Positions 25,654 to 35,620 of a stretch of 64,000 nucleotides of DNA are shown here, piece after piece; the stretch's first letter is position 1, and each line of letters opens with the position of its first letter. The translations under genes and the position numbers were made by a program. The notes below the pieces were generated by a model, which ran no database searches, was not told where the DNA came from, and was given only the letters and a program-made list of their open reading frames with translations. The DNA is from Candidatus Omnitrophota bacterium (GTDB taxonomy: Bacteria; Ratteibacteria; UBA8468; B48-G9; JAFGKM01): positions 130,715 to 194,714 of the forward strand of contig JAMWDI010000005.1 of assembly GCA_023819375.1 (NCBI GenBank), written 5' to 3'.

Positions 25654-27335
25654 TCAATTCTCCAACTTCCCAGCAGTGGTAAGTATCTTCTACGTCCGCC
25701 AACAAAAAATTTAAATACTCCTTTAAAATCAATTTTTTTGAAATTTTCTGGATCATAATTTATTTGAATATTATTTCCTAAATTAACTTTCCCATTTGTG
25801 ATTATTAAACCATTTAGGTTTGTGTTTAGATTTATTTCTTGGGAAGTATTCTGGTAGAAAACAGAATATATACTGCCAATTAAATTACCTCCTGAAAGTA
25901 TAAAATTTTCGGAAGATTCTGATTGGTTAAAAATTAAAAATTTATATAATGCAGGATTAATTTTTATTTCATTAGATATTAAAATGTTTGACTTTTTCCC
26001 AGAGCCACCGGGAACAACATTATCAAAAAATATCATTATGCCAGCAATTTGGTTTTCTCCAAGGGTTATATTCACAGGAGAAGAAATGGTTAACTTTAAA
26101 GTGGTATTAGAGTCATTAAATAATAAAAGAGAACTTCTTGTTTGACTATTTGTTGAGTCTATTGTTAATGTACCACCATCAATATATATTTCATTCCTGC
26201 TCATTAAACTTCCTTTAATATTTTTTGCAGTATTTCCCTTTATTTCTATCTTATCAATTCCAACAATATCACCTTTTATTTGTGGGCCTATAGAATTGTA
26301 ATTTATAGTTATATTACGTCCTGCCCATAAAGTTGTCTGATTTTCTTTACCAATTGGATTTGGGTTAGAAACCCCAACATATTCAATTGTTATATCTTCT
26401 TCTGCAACAAGCATCCCTTGTATATTTGGATTGTTGGGATTGGAAAAATCTAAATTTATATTCTGTTCAGAGTAAACAATCCCATTGTTGTTTAATGTAG
26501 TATTTCCTCGTATATTAACAAGTAATGAATAACTTGGATCGGTTTTCTCAAACTTCCATTTTTGATCTATGTTAGAAGATGATAAAGTGTAAATTTCTGT
26601 TGAAGAAGTACGAGTATAATTCCCCCCTGGTACTTCAACTTGTCCGTCTAAATCGGTGTCTTTAAAAATTCTATCGTAAGGGCCTGAATATTTTAAATCG
26701 TAAGGATTGGCTGGTTTATAATTTGTATTTAAAACAGGAACCTGTATGTTTGAAGCGATAGTCTTTGTAAAAGATGATGCTGAACCAGTAATAGAAAATG
26801 CAAAAATATTTCCTTTTCCAGAAATACCATTTCCAAATTGAACACTGTTTGCATATATTAGATGTTTATTAAATGCTTCTGGAATTCCCTGGGTTTCTAC
26901 ACTTAAGCCTTCGTTTAATTTATCCCCTCTTTTAAGTTCTGTTTCACTTCTTATTTCAAAAGATATTTTTACTTGTCTACCTTTATATGAACCTACCGCA
27001 AGGATTTTTGTATCTTCACCAGTATTATCCGGATCTATTTTTAATTTACATTCACCCTTTTTACCCCCAACATAATATTCAATAGCAGTTTCCGGATTTG
27101 TTTCAGTTTGGCCTTCTCCCCATGGATAACAGCCAGTATCATATTTTTCATAATTTATTTTGTAAAGCCAATGTTGTATTCCTGCTTCTGCTATTTCAAG
27201 GGCTATTAGTTTATCTTTGTAGTAGTTTGCTCTTCTTAGTGAAATTGTTGCTGATAAAACAACTGTAAGAATAATTGAAGAAAACAAAACAATCATTACA
27301 ATTACTGCAATTAAGGCTACACCTTTCTTTTTCAT
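25647..27335 (-). CDS. large minor pilin / PilX-GspK-like pilus-tip protein
   Basis: MKKKGVALIAVIVMIVLFSSIILTV N-terminus (PilX_N/GspK-like, lacking the conserved Glu5), followed by a ~520-aa Asn/Ser/Thr-rich beta-rich domain. First gene of a three-gene minus-strand operon. Confidence 0.55.
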   Translation of the reverse strand: MKKKGVALIAVIVMIVLFSSIILTVVLSATISLRRANYYKDKLIALEIAEAGIQHWLYKINYEKYDTGCYPWGEGQTETNPETAIEYYVGGKKGECKLKIDPDNTGEDTKILAVGSYKGRQVKISFEIRSETELKRGDKLNEGLSVETQGIPEAFNKHLIYANSVQFGNGISGKGNIFAFSITGSASSFTKTIASNIQVPVLNTNYKPANPYDLKYSGPYDRIFKDTDLDGQVEVPGGNYTRTSSTEIYTLSSSNIDQKWKFEKTDPSYSLLVNIRGNTTLNNNGIVYSEQNINLDFSNPNNPNIQGMLVAEEDITIEYVGVSNPNPIGKENQTTLWAGRNITINYNSIGPQIKGDIVGIDKIEIKGNTAKNIKGSLMSRNEIYIDGGTLTIDSTNSQTRSSLLLFNDSNTTLKLTISSPVNITLGENQIAGIMIFFDNVVPGGSGKKSNILISNEIKINPALYKFLIFNQSESSENFILSGGNLIGSIYSVFYQNTSQEINLNTNLNGLIITNGKVNLGNNIQINYDPENFKKIDFKGVFKFFVGGRRRYLPLLGSWRIEW

Positions 27336-27370
27336 ATTTGCTCCACTTTATTTTACCTTTATCTTTTTTA

Positions 27371-27411
27371 AAATGTCAAATTTTCTCAAATTTTTATTAA
27401 TTTGACATTTA
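27371..27411. promoter_or_regulatory. perfect 12-bp inverted repeat AAATGTCAAATT-(15 nt)-AATTTGACATTT in divergent promoter region (candidate operator)
   Basis: Seen directly in the sequence. Lies between the pilin-operon start (27335, minus) and the epimerase gene (plus). The arms contain TTGACA-like hexamers. Confidence 0.5.
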
Positions 27412-28409
27412 AAATTTATGATATAATTATTTGGAAAATGGGAAAGATTTTAGTAACAGGGGCTTGTGGTTTCATTGGTTGGAAAGTTTGTGAAAAATTG
27501 CTTGAAAGAGGAGAAGAAGTTTTAGGTGTTGATGATTTAAATGATTATTATGATGTAAGATTAAAAAATTGGCGTCTTGAAAAGTTAAGAAAAAATAAAA
27601 ATTTCCTTTTTGTAAAATTTGACATCTCTAAAAAGGAAATAAGATATATAGTAAAGGAAGCAAAACCAGATATAATAATAAATCTTGCTGCTCGTGCTGG
27701 TGTAAGGGCAAGTATAGAAAATCCAGACATATATTATCAGACAAATGTTATAGGAAATTTAAATCTTCTTGAATGTGCAAAAGAATTTGGAATTAAAAAA
27801 TTTATTTATTCTTCAAGTTCTTCTTTATATGCTGGTTGTAAAATTCCATTTTCAGAGGACTTACCTGTAAATGAACCAATTTCTCCTTATGCAGCAAGTA
27901 AAAAAGCAGGAGAAATTACCTGTTTTACATACCATTACCTCTATGGCATAGATATTGTAATATTCAGATATTTTACTGTTTATGGACCTGCTGGAAGGCC
28001 TGATATGAGTATTTTTAAATTTATAAAGTTAATAGATGAGGAAAAAGAAATAACGGTTTATGGTGATGGAACTCAAAGTAGGGATTTTACTTATATAGAT
28101 GATATTGCAGAAGGAACAATTTCTGGTTTGAATCTATCAGGTTTTCATATAATAAATCTTGGAAGCAGTTTTCCACATTCATTAAACGAAGTAATAAAAA
28201 TAATTGAGGAAAAATTAAATAAAAAAGCAAAGATTGTTTATGCTCCATTCCCTAAAACAGATTTAAAAATAACATATGCTGATATTACAAAAGCCAAAAA
28301 ATTATTGAACTGGGAACCAAAAACAAAAATTGAAGAAGGGATTGAGAAAACAATACTCTGGTATATTGAAAATAAACACTGGCTTAAATATATTATGTTA
28401 AAGGACTGA
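27402..28409 (+). CDS. NAD-dependent epimerase/dehydratase (UDP-glucuronate 4-epimerase-like, SDR family)
   Basis: ILVTGACGFIGWKV Rossmann motif, YAASKKAGE catalytic YxxxK. The true start is probably 27438 (MGKILVTG), because the 27402 ATG lies inside the inverted-repeat operator. Confidence 0.7.
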   Translation: MTFKIYDIIIWKMGKILVTGACGFIGWKVCEKLLERGEEVLGVDDLNDYYDVRLKNWRLEKLRKNKNFLFVKFDISKKEIRYIVKEAKPDIIINLAARAGVRASIENPDIYYQTNVIGNLNLLECAKEFGIKKFIYSSSSSLYAGCKIPFSEDLPVNEPISPYAASKKAGEITCFTYHYLYGIDIVIFRYFTVYGPAGRPDMSIFKFIKLIDEEKEITVYGDGTQSRDFTYIDDIAEGTISGLNLSGFHIINLGSSFPHSLNEVIKIIEEKLNKKAKIVYAPFPKTDLKITYADITKAKKLLNWEPKTKIEEGIEKTILWYIENKHWLKYIMLKD

Positions 28410-29338
28410 TGGCAAAAATTCTTGTAACTGGTGGAGCAGGATTTATAGGAAGTCATACAGTTGATAGATTGATTGAAGAAGGAAATGAAGTTGTTGTAAT
28501 TGATAATCTTTCAACAGGTTTTTTAAAGAATTTAAATGAAAAAAGTATCTTCTTTAATGTGGATATAAGAGATAGAAAAAGATTAAAAGAAATATTTGAA
28601 AAGTACAAGTTTGATTTTGTTTTCCATTTTGCTGCTCAAATAAATGTAAGAAAAGGGGAAGAAGATCCATTTTTTGATGTAGATGTAAATGTCTTTGGTC
28701 TTTTAAATCTTCTTGAGGAACTTAAAAAAAATCCACCTAAAAAAATTATTTTCTCATCAACAGGTGGAGTTATGTATGGGATGCCAGATATATATCCGAC
28801 GCCTGAATCAGTTGAACCTTTTCCTACGTGTATCTATGCAATCTCAAAATTAACCTGTGAAAAATTATTATATGCTTATTGGAAAAATTATGATATCAAT
28901 TTTGTTGCTTTAAGATATGGAAATGTTTATGGTCCACGACAAAATTATCTTTCGGAAGCAGGAGTTATAGCAATTTTTATTTCAAGAATTATTGAAAGTA
29001 AAGAATGTGTAATTTTCGGAGATGGGGAACAAACAAGAGATTTTATTTATGTAGATGATGTAGTTGATGTAAATATGCTTTTTATGAAAAATGAATTAAA
29101 TGGAATTTTCAATATTGGAACAGGAGTTGAAACAACAGTCAATAGAATTTTTGATATTATAAAAGAAAATATAAAAATGGATTGCAAAAAGGTTTATGGA
29201 CCGCCTAAAAAAGGAGAACCAAGAAGGAGCTGTCTTTCAATTGAAAAAGTTAAAAATCTTACTGGATGGTTTCCTAAATATTCAATTGAAGAGGGAATTA
29301 AGAAGACTATAGAATGGTTTTTATCTCAAAATCAATAA
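28409..29338 (+). CDS. UDP-glucose 4-epimerase-like NAD-dependent epimerase (GalE family)
   Basis: ILVTGGAGFIGSH Rossmann motif, YAISKLTCE YxxxK. Start overlaps the upstream stop (TGATG). Confidence 0.7.
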   Translation: MAKILVTGGAGFIGSHTVDRLIEEGNEVVVIDNLSTGFLKNLNEKSIFFNVDIRDRKRLKEIFEKYKFDFVFHFAAQINVRKGEEDPFFDVDVNVFGLLNLLEELKKNPPKKIIFSSTGGVMYGMPDIYPTPESVEPFPTCIYAISKLTCEKLLYAYWKNYDINFVALRYGNVYGPRQNYLSEAGVIAIFISRIIESKECVIFGDGEQTRDFIYVDDVVDVNMLFMKNELNGIFNIGTGVETTVNRIFDIIKENIKMDCKKVYGPPKKGEPRRSCLSIEKVKNLTGWFPKYSIEEGIKKTIEWFLSQNQ

Positions 29339-30033
29339 GAAGATTTTTCCCATTCTGCATCACTTATAAAAACATTATAATCTCTAAAAGCAAGATTTAA
29401 AACTTTTTGTTTAAAATTATAATAATGCCAGAAACATCTAACAATAGGAACTTGTCCTCCAAATCCGTGCATTGATTGCCAAATTTTTGCTTCTTTCCAA
29501 GTAACTATTCCATCTCCATTTGTATCTGCTTGTTGAATTTCTTCTGGAGTATGGGTACTTTCAAACCACTTACAATGGGTTGGAGCAAATTCATAAGTGT
29601 AAGAACATTTTTCAATATTAGGGTTTCTATAACTATATGCAACTGTATCAAACTCAGAAGGAGTATAGGAATAATAAATCTGAACCTTTGATAATGGAAT
29701 ATCATTTATTTCAGGAAAGGCTGGATTTCCATGGCCCCTTGTCCCTTTATTTAAATCAGTTAGACATAGAAATATTTTACCTGTTCCGAGATAATTTGTC
29801 CCAAGTCCAATAACTTCACTTTTACATAAATTTGAAAGCCACACAGGATATTCGTCATAATCTTGATAATACATTTCAATAGCAAGTCCTATCTGATGAA
29901 GATTATTTATACAGTTTGCCTGTCTCCCCTTTTCTCTTGCAGTTGAAAGAGATGGTAAAATTTGACCTGCAAGCATTGAAATTATTGCAATTACAACTAA
30001 AAGTTCAATTAAGGTAAAACCTGTTTTTTTCAT
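29332..30033 (-). CDS. second DUF1559-type pseudopilin (prepilin N-terminal domain)
   Basis: [50 protein letters not shown] closely parallels the N-terminus of the 7623..8360 protein. Confidence 0.65.
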   Translation of the reverse strand: MKKTGFTLIELLVVIAIISMLAGQILPSLSTAREKGRQANCINNLHQIGLAIEMYYQDYDEYPVWLSNLCKSEVIGLGTNYLGTGKIFLCLTDLNKGTRGHGNPAFPEINDIPLSKVQIYYSYTPSEFDTVAYSYRNPNIEKCSYTYEFAPTHCKWFESTHTPEEIQQADTNGDGIVTWKEAKIWQSMHGFGGQVPIVRCFWHYYNFKQKVLNLAFRDYNVFISDAEWEKSSY

Positions 30034-30719
30034 TATTTGCCCCTTTTTTGAAATTCTTTTATAGTATCATATATATTTTTTTTAAATTCTGGGTTTTCTT
30101 CTTCATAATAACAATTCCATAAAGAAACTTCAATTTCTTCCCATTTGCCAACATCTTTTATTAATCCGAGGGCTTTCTGTCTTATTTCTAAATCCTCATC
30201 TTTATTTTCAATTATTTTTAAAAGTTTATCCTGATAGGCAGGAGACTTCATATAAGATAAAATCTTTAATTTTGTTTCTTTATCTTCTTTGTCAAACCTA
30301 TTTATAAGGATTTCAATATTTTTTCTATCAAGTTTTAAAATCGTCTCAAATGTTATTTCTTTTAAAGTTTTGTCAGAACTGTCAAGATATGAAAGTAGTT
30401 TATTAAAATCTATCTGTCCTATACTGTAAGCACTAATCCTTTTTAATTCAAGGTCCTCGTCTTGCAAAAAAATTTTTTCTATTTCAGGTAAAATTTCTTT
30501 TATTTTTAAATTACCTGCTATATAAATCCCATATTTTTTTTCTTCTTTATTAGGACTTTTCAAATATTTTAAATATATTTTTGGTGTTGGAGTTTTATTT
30601 CTTCTTATTGCCCATAAAGAAACTCTTAAAATTGAAAGGAAAAGAACAAAAGAGGCAATTAAAAAAACAATCTTCTTTTTTTTCTCAAGTGCTCTGTAAA
30701 AATCAATTATTTTAGACAT
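30033..30719 (-). CDS. membrane-anchored HEAT-repeat protein
   Basis: N-terminal TM segment then Lys/Glu/Leu-rich HEAT-like repeats. Start overlaps the stop of the DUF1559 gene, consistent with an operon. Confidence 0.4.
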   Translation of the reverse strand: MSKIIDFYRALEKKKKIVFLIASFVLFLSILRVSLWAIRRNKTPTPKIYLKYLKSPNKEEKKYGIYIAGNLKIKEILPEIEKIFLQDEDLELKRISAYSIGQIDFNKLLSYLDSSDKTLKEITFETILKLDRKNIEILINRFDKEDKETKLKILSYMKSPAYQDKLLKIIENKDEDLEIRQKALGLIKDVGKWEEIEVSLWNCYYEEENPEFKKNIYDTIKEFQKRGK

Positions 30720-30763
30720 TTTTAAGTAAAATTGTACCTCTAAAATGTTAAAAAATCAAGTTT

Positions 30764-31654
30764 TTATGCTTCTCTTATTATACATTCTTTTCTTATTTGT
30801 GAAAAATCAAAATGTTCAATAATATTTAAAGTTTTTTTATCTCTATATCCAGATATCTCTTCCTTAATTCCCAAACTTTTTCTTATACTTTCCATCATTA
30901 TTTCTCTTATATATTTTCCGATTAAAGACGAAAGACAGGCAACAGGTGAAACTTTCTCCACATCCTTTACAAAAAAAATTTTAAAATCATAATTTTCATC
31001 AAAAAGTTTATAACCTGAAAAATTTAAAGTTTCTTTATAGATTTTTATTTGAAATTGTGGAAAAAAATAATAAAGGTAATTTTTATAAAAAGTTAAACTT
31101 CCGATTTTCCCACAGAAAAACTCAACATTTTTAAATTTTATAAAATCTCTTATTATTTCACAAAAATTTTTCAAATTTAAAATAAATTTAGAATTCCCTT
31201 GGGTTAAAAATTTATTTAAAAAAAAGGGACACACAACATTTATTTTTATTTCCTTTAACTCTGTTCCAATCTTTATTAACTCTAAAAATTCATCAATAAT
31301 CTTATCAGAAATTTCATTTTTAAATTCCAAAGGCATATTTTTTAAACAGAAATTTTCTTTAAATATGCAATTAAAAGAAGTAAATTCTTCAAAAATTTCA
31401 AAAGGTGATTTTGGGAATCTTCTTTTAAAAATGAAAAATAATACAATTGCTATTTTTTCAATTTTCAAAAAATCCTTTTTACTTCTGTATATCAATTTGC
31501 TATCTTTTATAAAGGAAGGAATTTTTATCCCTTTTTCTGCAATAATACCGCTTACAACCAGTGGGCCTAAGATTGGACCAAAGCCATTTTCATCAATACC
31601 ACAAATATACTTTTTCATTATTAATAATTTTATAACATCATTTGTTTCTAACAA
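30764..31654 (-). CDS. divergent RNase HII-like protein with extended/inserted regions
   Basis: N-terminus ICGIDENGFGPILGPLVVSGIIA aligns with the RNase HII GIDEAGRGPL.GPVV motif (D-E retained, R replaced by F). A DSKL box follows. A SLIGKYIRE segment resembles the SILAKV.RD motif. At 296 aa it is longer than canonical RnhB. Confidence 0.4.
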   Translation of the reverse strand: MLETNDVIKLLIMKKYICGIDENGFGPILGPLVVSGIIAEKGIKIPSFIKDSKLIYRSKKDFLKIEKIAIVLFFIFKRRFPKSPFEIFEEFTSFNCIFKENFCLKNMPLEFKNEISDKIIDEFLELIKIGTELKEIKINVVCPFFLNKFLTQGNSKFILNLKNFCEIIRDFIKFKNVEFFCGKIGSLTFYKNYLYYFFPQFQIKIYKETLNFSGYKLFDENYDFKIFFVKDVEKVSPVACLSSLIGKYIREIMMESIRKSLGIKEEISGYRDKKTLNIIEHFDFSQIRKECIIREA

Positions 31655-31675
31655 AATATTTTTTAAATTATTTAT

Positions 31676-32488
31676 TTGGTTTTGACTGTAAAAAGAAAAA
31701 AAGATAAAATTTTAAAAATGAGCGAAAGAAAGAAAAAAACTGCACTTTCTGCACATAGTTTAAGTATATTTATTGAATGTCCACGATGTTTTTATCTATC
31801 AATTAAAAAGAAAACCTCAAGACCAAGAGGGCCAATGCCTTCAATTGCAACAGGAATAGACTTATTAATAAAGGAATACTTTGAATTTTTCAGAAAGAAG
31901 AACCAACTTCCACCTTTTCTTTCTGGTAAAGTAGATGGAGAGTTAATTTCCAATCTTAAAAAGACTTATTACTACGATTTAGATGAAAATAAAGATTTTT
32001 ATATCTGGGGACATCTTGACGAAGTAATTAAACTTAAAAATGGACTATATGTCCCTCTTGATCATAAAACAAGAGCAAGCAAACCTAAAGAGGAACCACA
32101 TGATGCTTACAAGTTCCAACTCGGTGTCTATTCTTTACTATTGAAAAAAGAAAATAATGGAGAAGTTGTTGATTTTGGCTATCTTGTTTATTATTATCCT
32201 GAAAAGGGATTAATAGATTACGAAGCAAATGAGATTAAAAATATAATAAATTTCAGTTTTGAGTTAAAAGAAGTTAAACTTAATATAAATGAAGTTAATG
32301 AAGTAATAAATGATGCAATAAAATGTTTAGAAAATGATAAGCCCCCAGAAAGTAGTAGAGATTGTGAGTATTGTAAATGGATAAAGAAAGTAAAATTTTA
32401 CTATTTAGATGAATTTGAGGAAGATGAAAAATTAAAAGAAGATGAAAAAATAGAAGAAATTTCTTTTCCTGATGGAAAACTGTTTTAA
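31676..32488 (+). CDS. Cas4-like PD-(D/E)XK nuclease with Fe-S cysteine cluster (DUF83/RecB-nuclease family), stand-alone
   Basis: N-terminal CPRC and C-terminal CEYC cysteines. Nuclease motifs GHLDEV, PLDHKT (D-x-K) and QLGVYSLLL (QxxxY). The true start is possibly the internal MSERKKK. Confidence 0.55.
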   Translation: MVLTVKRKKDKILKMSERKKKTALSAHSLSIFIECPRCFYLSIKKKTSRPRGPMPSIATGIDLLIKEYFEFFRKKNQLPPFLSGKVDGELISNLKKTYYYDLDENKDFYIWGHLDEVIKLKNGLYVPLDHKTRASKPKEEPHDAYKFQLGVYSLLLKKENNGEVVDFGYLVYYYPEKGLIDYEANEIKNIINFSFELKEVKLNINEVNEVINDAIKCLENDKPPESSRDCEYCKWIKKVKFYYLDEFEEDEKLKEDEKIEEISFPDGKLF

Positions 32489-32569
32489 CCCTTTTTTATT
32501 GATCTATAAAGAGAATAAACAAAGAGAAAAATAATAATACTCCAGGATAATATAAGCATAAACCAACCA

Positions 32570-34114
32570 CTAAGTTTCAATTTTCTCTCCTTTTCTGTCC
32601 CAAGATATTTTAACAAGAATACATAAAACAACAAAGATAACAAGAAGTATAAACCGTGTTATCAAAATATAAGGTAAGTTTTCAGGCTTAACATTTTTAA
32701 GTAAAAGTGTGGGAATTGCATACTGAACTGTCCAGAAAAGCAAAATAAAAATTAGAAAGGAAGGAGTTATGTATTTTATTATAAATTTATAAAAAGAAGG
32801 TAAATTTATATCTGAACCAGAATGCATTTCTTCCCAGGCATTTTCCATGCCAAAAATCCAGGCAAAAAGAATTGTTTCAATGGTTGCAAAAATAACAAGA
32901 GCAAATGTTCCTCCCCAGAAATCAAGTTCATCAATAACTCCTTTACTTAAAAAGAAAATTGCAAAATTGGAGAGAAGAAAACATATTATTCCGAAAATTA
33001 AAACACACTTTTTCTTTGATAAATTGAATTCATCTTCAAGAAAGGCAATTGCTGGCTGAGCAAGAGATATTGAAGAGGTAAGTCCTGCAAGGAATAACAG
33101 AAAGAACCACATTATTTCAAAAATTCTTCCAAAAGATAAAGATTTTAATATCAGTGGCATTGTAACAAAACCAAGATCAAAAGAACCCTGATTTGCAATT
33201 TCTTTTATTCCAACTGGGCCAAAAAAAACAAAGGCTGCAGGAATAACTATACTTCCCCCAAGTATAACTTCAGCAAACTCATTTGTGCTAGCACTTGTAA
33301 GACCTGAAAGTAAAACATCATCATCTTTACTTAAATAACTTGCGTAGGTAAGAATTACTCCAATTCCAACACTTAAAGTAAAAAATATCTGTCCTGCCGC
33401 TGAAAGCCAGACCCTTGCATCTTTTAAAGAAGAGAATTCAGGATTCCATAAAAATCCAAGGCCATTTAATGGACTCCAGTCAGGATTTAACTCATTTTTT
33501 AAAGTAAGAACTCTTATAACAAGAATAATGGCAAATAAAAATAAAGTTGGCATAGCAACTTTACAAACTCTCTCTATTCCTCTTTTAATTCCAAAATAAA
33601 TAATTATTAAATTTAGACTGAAAGTCAAAATGAAAAAAATGTAAGCAGTGAGAATAGATGAAAAATATTGATTTTTAACAATACCTCTAAAACCATTCAA
33701 AAACTCAACCATTTCATGTGTTGAGTTAATTGAAGCAAAATCATTTCTTAAAGGGAAAAAAGTATAAGCCAGAAGCCACGATTCAATATAAGTATAATAT
33801 ATAAAAATGGCGATTGGTCCAAAAATTCCAATTACACCAAAATACTTGATAAATCTATTCTTCCTCCATAATGTATGGAAAATACCAGGTGCAGTTCCAT
33901 GTCCAAATCCTCCACCAAATCTTCCTATCGTCCATTCAATCCACATTAGTGGTATACCAAGAAGAAAAAGAGAAATAAAATAGGGAATCATAAATGCTCC
34001 GCCACCATTTTTTACTGCCTGAACTGGAAACCTAAGAAAATTACCAAGACCAACAGCACTTCCAGCAACTGCAAGAATAACACCTATTTTACTTCCCCAT
34101 CTTTCTCTTTTCAT
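32570..34114 (-). CDS. neurotransmitter:sodium symporter (NSS/SLC6) family transporter
   Basis: N-terminus SKIGVILAVAGSAVGLGNFLRFP is the NSS signature. 12-TM, 514 aa. Confidence 0.75.
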   Translation of the reverse strand: MKRERWGSKIGVILAVAGSAVGLGNFLRFPVQAVKNGGGAFMIPYFISLFLLGIPLMWIEWTIGRFGGGFGHGTAPGIFHTLWRKNRFIKYFGVIGIFGPIAIFIYYTYIESWLLAYTFFPLRNDFASINSTHEMVEFLNGFRGIVKNQYFSSILTAYIFFILTFSLNLIIIYFGIKRGIERVCKVAMPTLFLFAIILVIRVLTLKNELNPDWSPLNGLGFLWNPEFSSLKDARVWLSAAGQIFFTLSVGIGVILTYASYLSKDDDVLLSGLTSASTNEFAEVILGGSIVIPAAFVFFGPVGIKEIANQGSFDLGFVTMPLILKSLSFGRIFEIMWFFLLFLAGLTSSISLAQPAIAFLEDEFNLSKKKCVLIFGIICFLLSNFAIFFLSKGVIDELDFWGGTFALVIFATIETILFAWIFGMENAWEEMHSGSDINLPSFYKFIIKYITPSFLIFILLFWTVQYAIPTLLLKNVKPENLPYILITRFILLVIFVVLCILVKISWDRKGEKIET

Positions 34115-34116
34115 TT

Positions 34117-34878
34117 TTAAATATTTAATTTCTTCAAAAATTCAACACATTTTTTATATCCAATCTCCTTATCCTTTCCTTCATATTCAGCACATAAAAC
34201 TCCATTATAATTATTCTCTTTAAGTATTTTTATTGCTGATATTATTGGAATTTCTCCTTCTCCAAGTACTTTTCCAGTATAATTTTCTCTTGTCCCTGTT
34301 CCATCTTTTATATGCGTATGTATAGTATAGGGAGCAATTGCTTTATAAATTTCAATCAATTTTTCAACTGGATAACCATACCATCTATAATTCATTGTAT
34401 CAAGATTTGCTCCAAGATATTTTGATTTTATACTTTCAAAAATTTCAAGCTGGAATTCATAATCATTTGTTAAAATTCCATGATTATCAAGCGCAAGATA
34501 AACATTTTCTTTTTCTGCAAATTCAACTACCCTTTTTATACCCTCAAAAATCAATTTTTTATAATCTTTTTCATCAATACCTTCTTTGGGCCATCCACCA
34601 TCTAATCTTAATTGATTACAACCAATATTTTTAACCTCTTTACAAAGCTCTCCAACCATTTTTACTTGTTTTTCAAACTCTTCTTTTACTTGAACAAAAT
34701 CATTCCTTGCTGTAACCTGAGAGATTTTCACATTATATTTCAGTAATAAGATTTCTGCTTCTTTTAAGTGTTCTCTTGAAATCTCAGCATATTCAACATT
34801 ATTTTCTGCACACCAGTTTAAAAAATCTTCTAATTTCTGAAAACTAAAATTGTAAAAAATTACTCCAATTTTCTCCAT
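34117..34878 (-). CDS. sugar phosphate isomerase/epimerase (xylose-isomerase-like TIM barrel)
   Basis: 253 aa. TIM-barrel pattern with conserved H/D/E positions (ALDNHG, HTHIKD) typical of AP-endonuclease 2 / XylA-like TIM barrels. Confidence 0.55.
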   Translation of the reverse strand: MEKIGVIFYNFSFQKLEDFLNWCAENNVEYAEISREHLKEAEILLLKYNVKISQVTARNDFVQVKEEFEKQVKMVGELCKEVKNIGCNQLRLDGGWPKEGIDEKDYKKLIFEGIKRVVEFAEKENVYLALDNHGILTNDYEFQLEIFESIKSKYLGANLDTMNYRWYGYPVEKLIEIYKAIAPYTIHTHIKDGTGTRENYTGKVLGEGEIPIISAIKILKENNYNGVLCAEYEGKDKEIGYKKCVEFLKKLNI

Positions 34879-34948
34879 TTTTTCTCCTTTTTCTTTTTAT
34901 TTTAATACATTTTTGGTAAACTGAAAAATTTTAGGGTATAATTTAAAA

Positions 34949-35620
34949 ATGTTATATATTGTTGCTACCCCAATAGGAAATATAAAGGACATTACTTTTA
35001 GAGCAATTGAAATTTTGAAGAATGTAGATTTAATATTATGTGAAGATACAAGGGAAACAAAGAAAATTTTGAATTATTATGGTATTAAAAAGCCACTTCT
35101 AAGTTACTATAGAGAAATTGAAAAAAAAAGAGTAAAAAAGGTAATAGAATTTTTGAAAGAAGGAAAAGAAATAGCACTTGTTTGCGATAGAGGGACACCT
35201 GGAATCTCTGATCCTGCTTATATACTTGTAAAAGAGGCATATAAAAACAATGTAAAAGTAACTCCAATCCCAGGTCCCTCTGCTTTAACTGCATCAATGA
35301 GTGTGTGTGGTTTTCCTTTGAATAAAGTTTATTTTTGCGGATTTTTACCTAAAAAAGAAAAAGAAAAAAGAGAAATTTTTGAAAAATGGAAGGATATGGA
35401 AGAAACAATCATTTTCTTTGAGTCAGTTCATAGAATAGAAAAAACAATAAATTTACTTGGCGAAGTTATGCCTGAAAGGGAGATATGTATATGTAGAGAA
35501 TTAACAAAAATGTTTGAAGAAATAATAAGAGGTAAAATAGAAGAAATTGTCAAAGTTTTTGGCAAAATAAAGAAAAAAGGAGAGTTTGTTGTTATTATAG
35601 GAGGAAAAAATGGCACTTAA
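34949..35620 (+). CDS. rsmI: 16S rRNA (cytidine1402-2'-O)-methyltransferase RsmI
   Basis: LYIVATPIGNIKDITFRAIEIL..LILCEDTR tetrapyrrole-methylase-fold N-terminus characteristic of RsmI. Confidence 0.75.
   Translation: MLYIVATPIGNIKDITFRAIEILKNVDLILCEDTRETKKILNYYGIKKPLLSYYREIEKKRVKKVIEFLKEGKEIALVCDRGTPGISDPAYILVKEAYKNNVKVTPIPGPSALTASMSVCGFPLNKVYFCGFLPKKEKEKREIFEKWKDMEETIIFFESVHRIEKTINLLGEVMPEREICICRELTKMFEEIIRGKIEEIVKVFGKIKKKGEFVVIIGGKNGT

Noticed and set aside
27402-27437. ATG at 27402 as the epimerase start (as given in the ORF track)
   Set aside because: It lies inside the right arm of the 12-bp inverted-repeat operator and adds a non-homologous 12-aa leader. The ATG at 27438 gives the conserved MGKILVTG Rossmann start.
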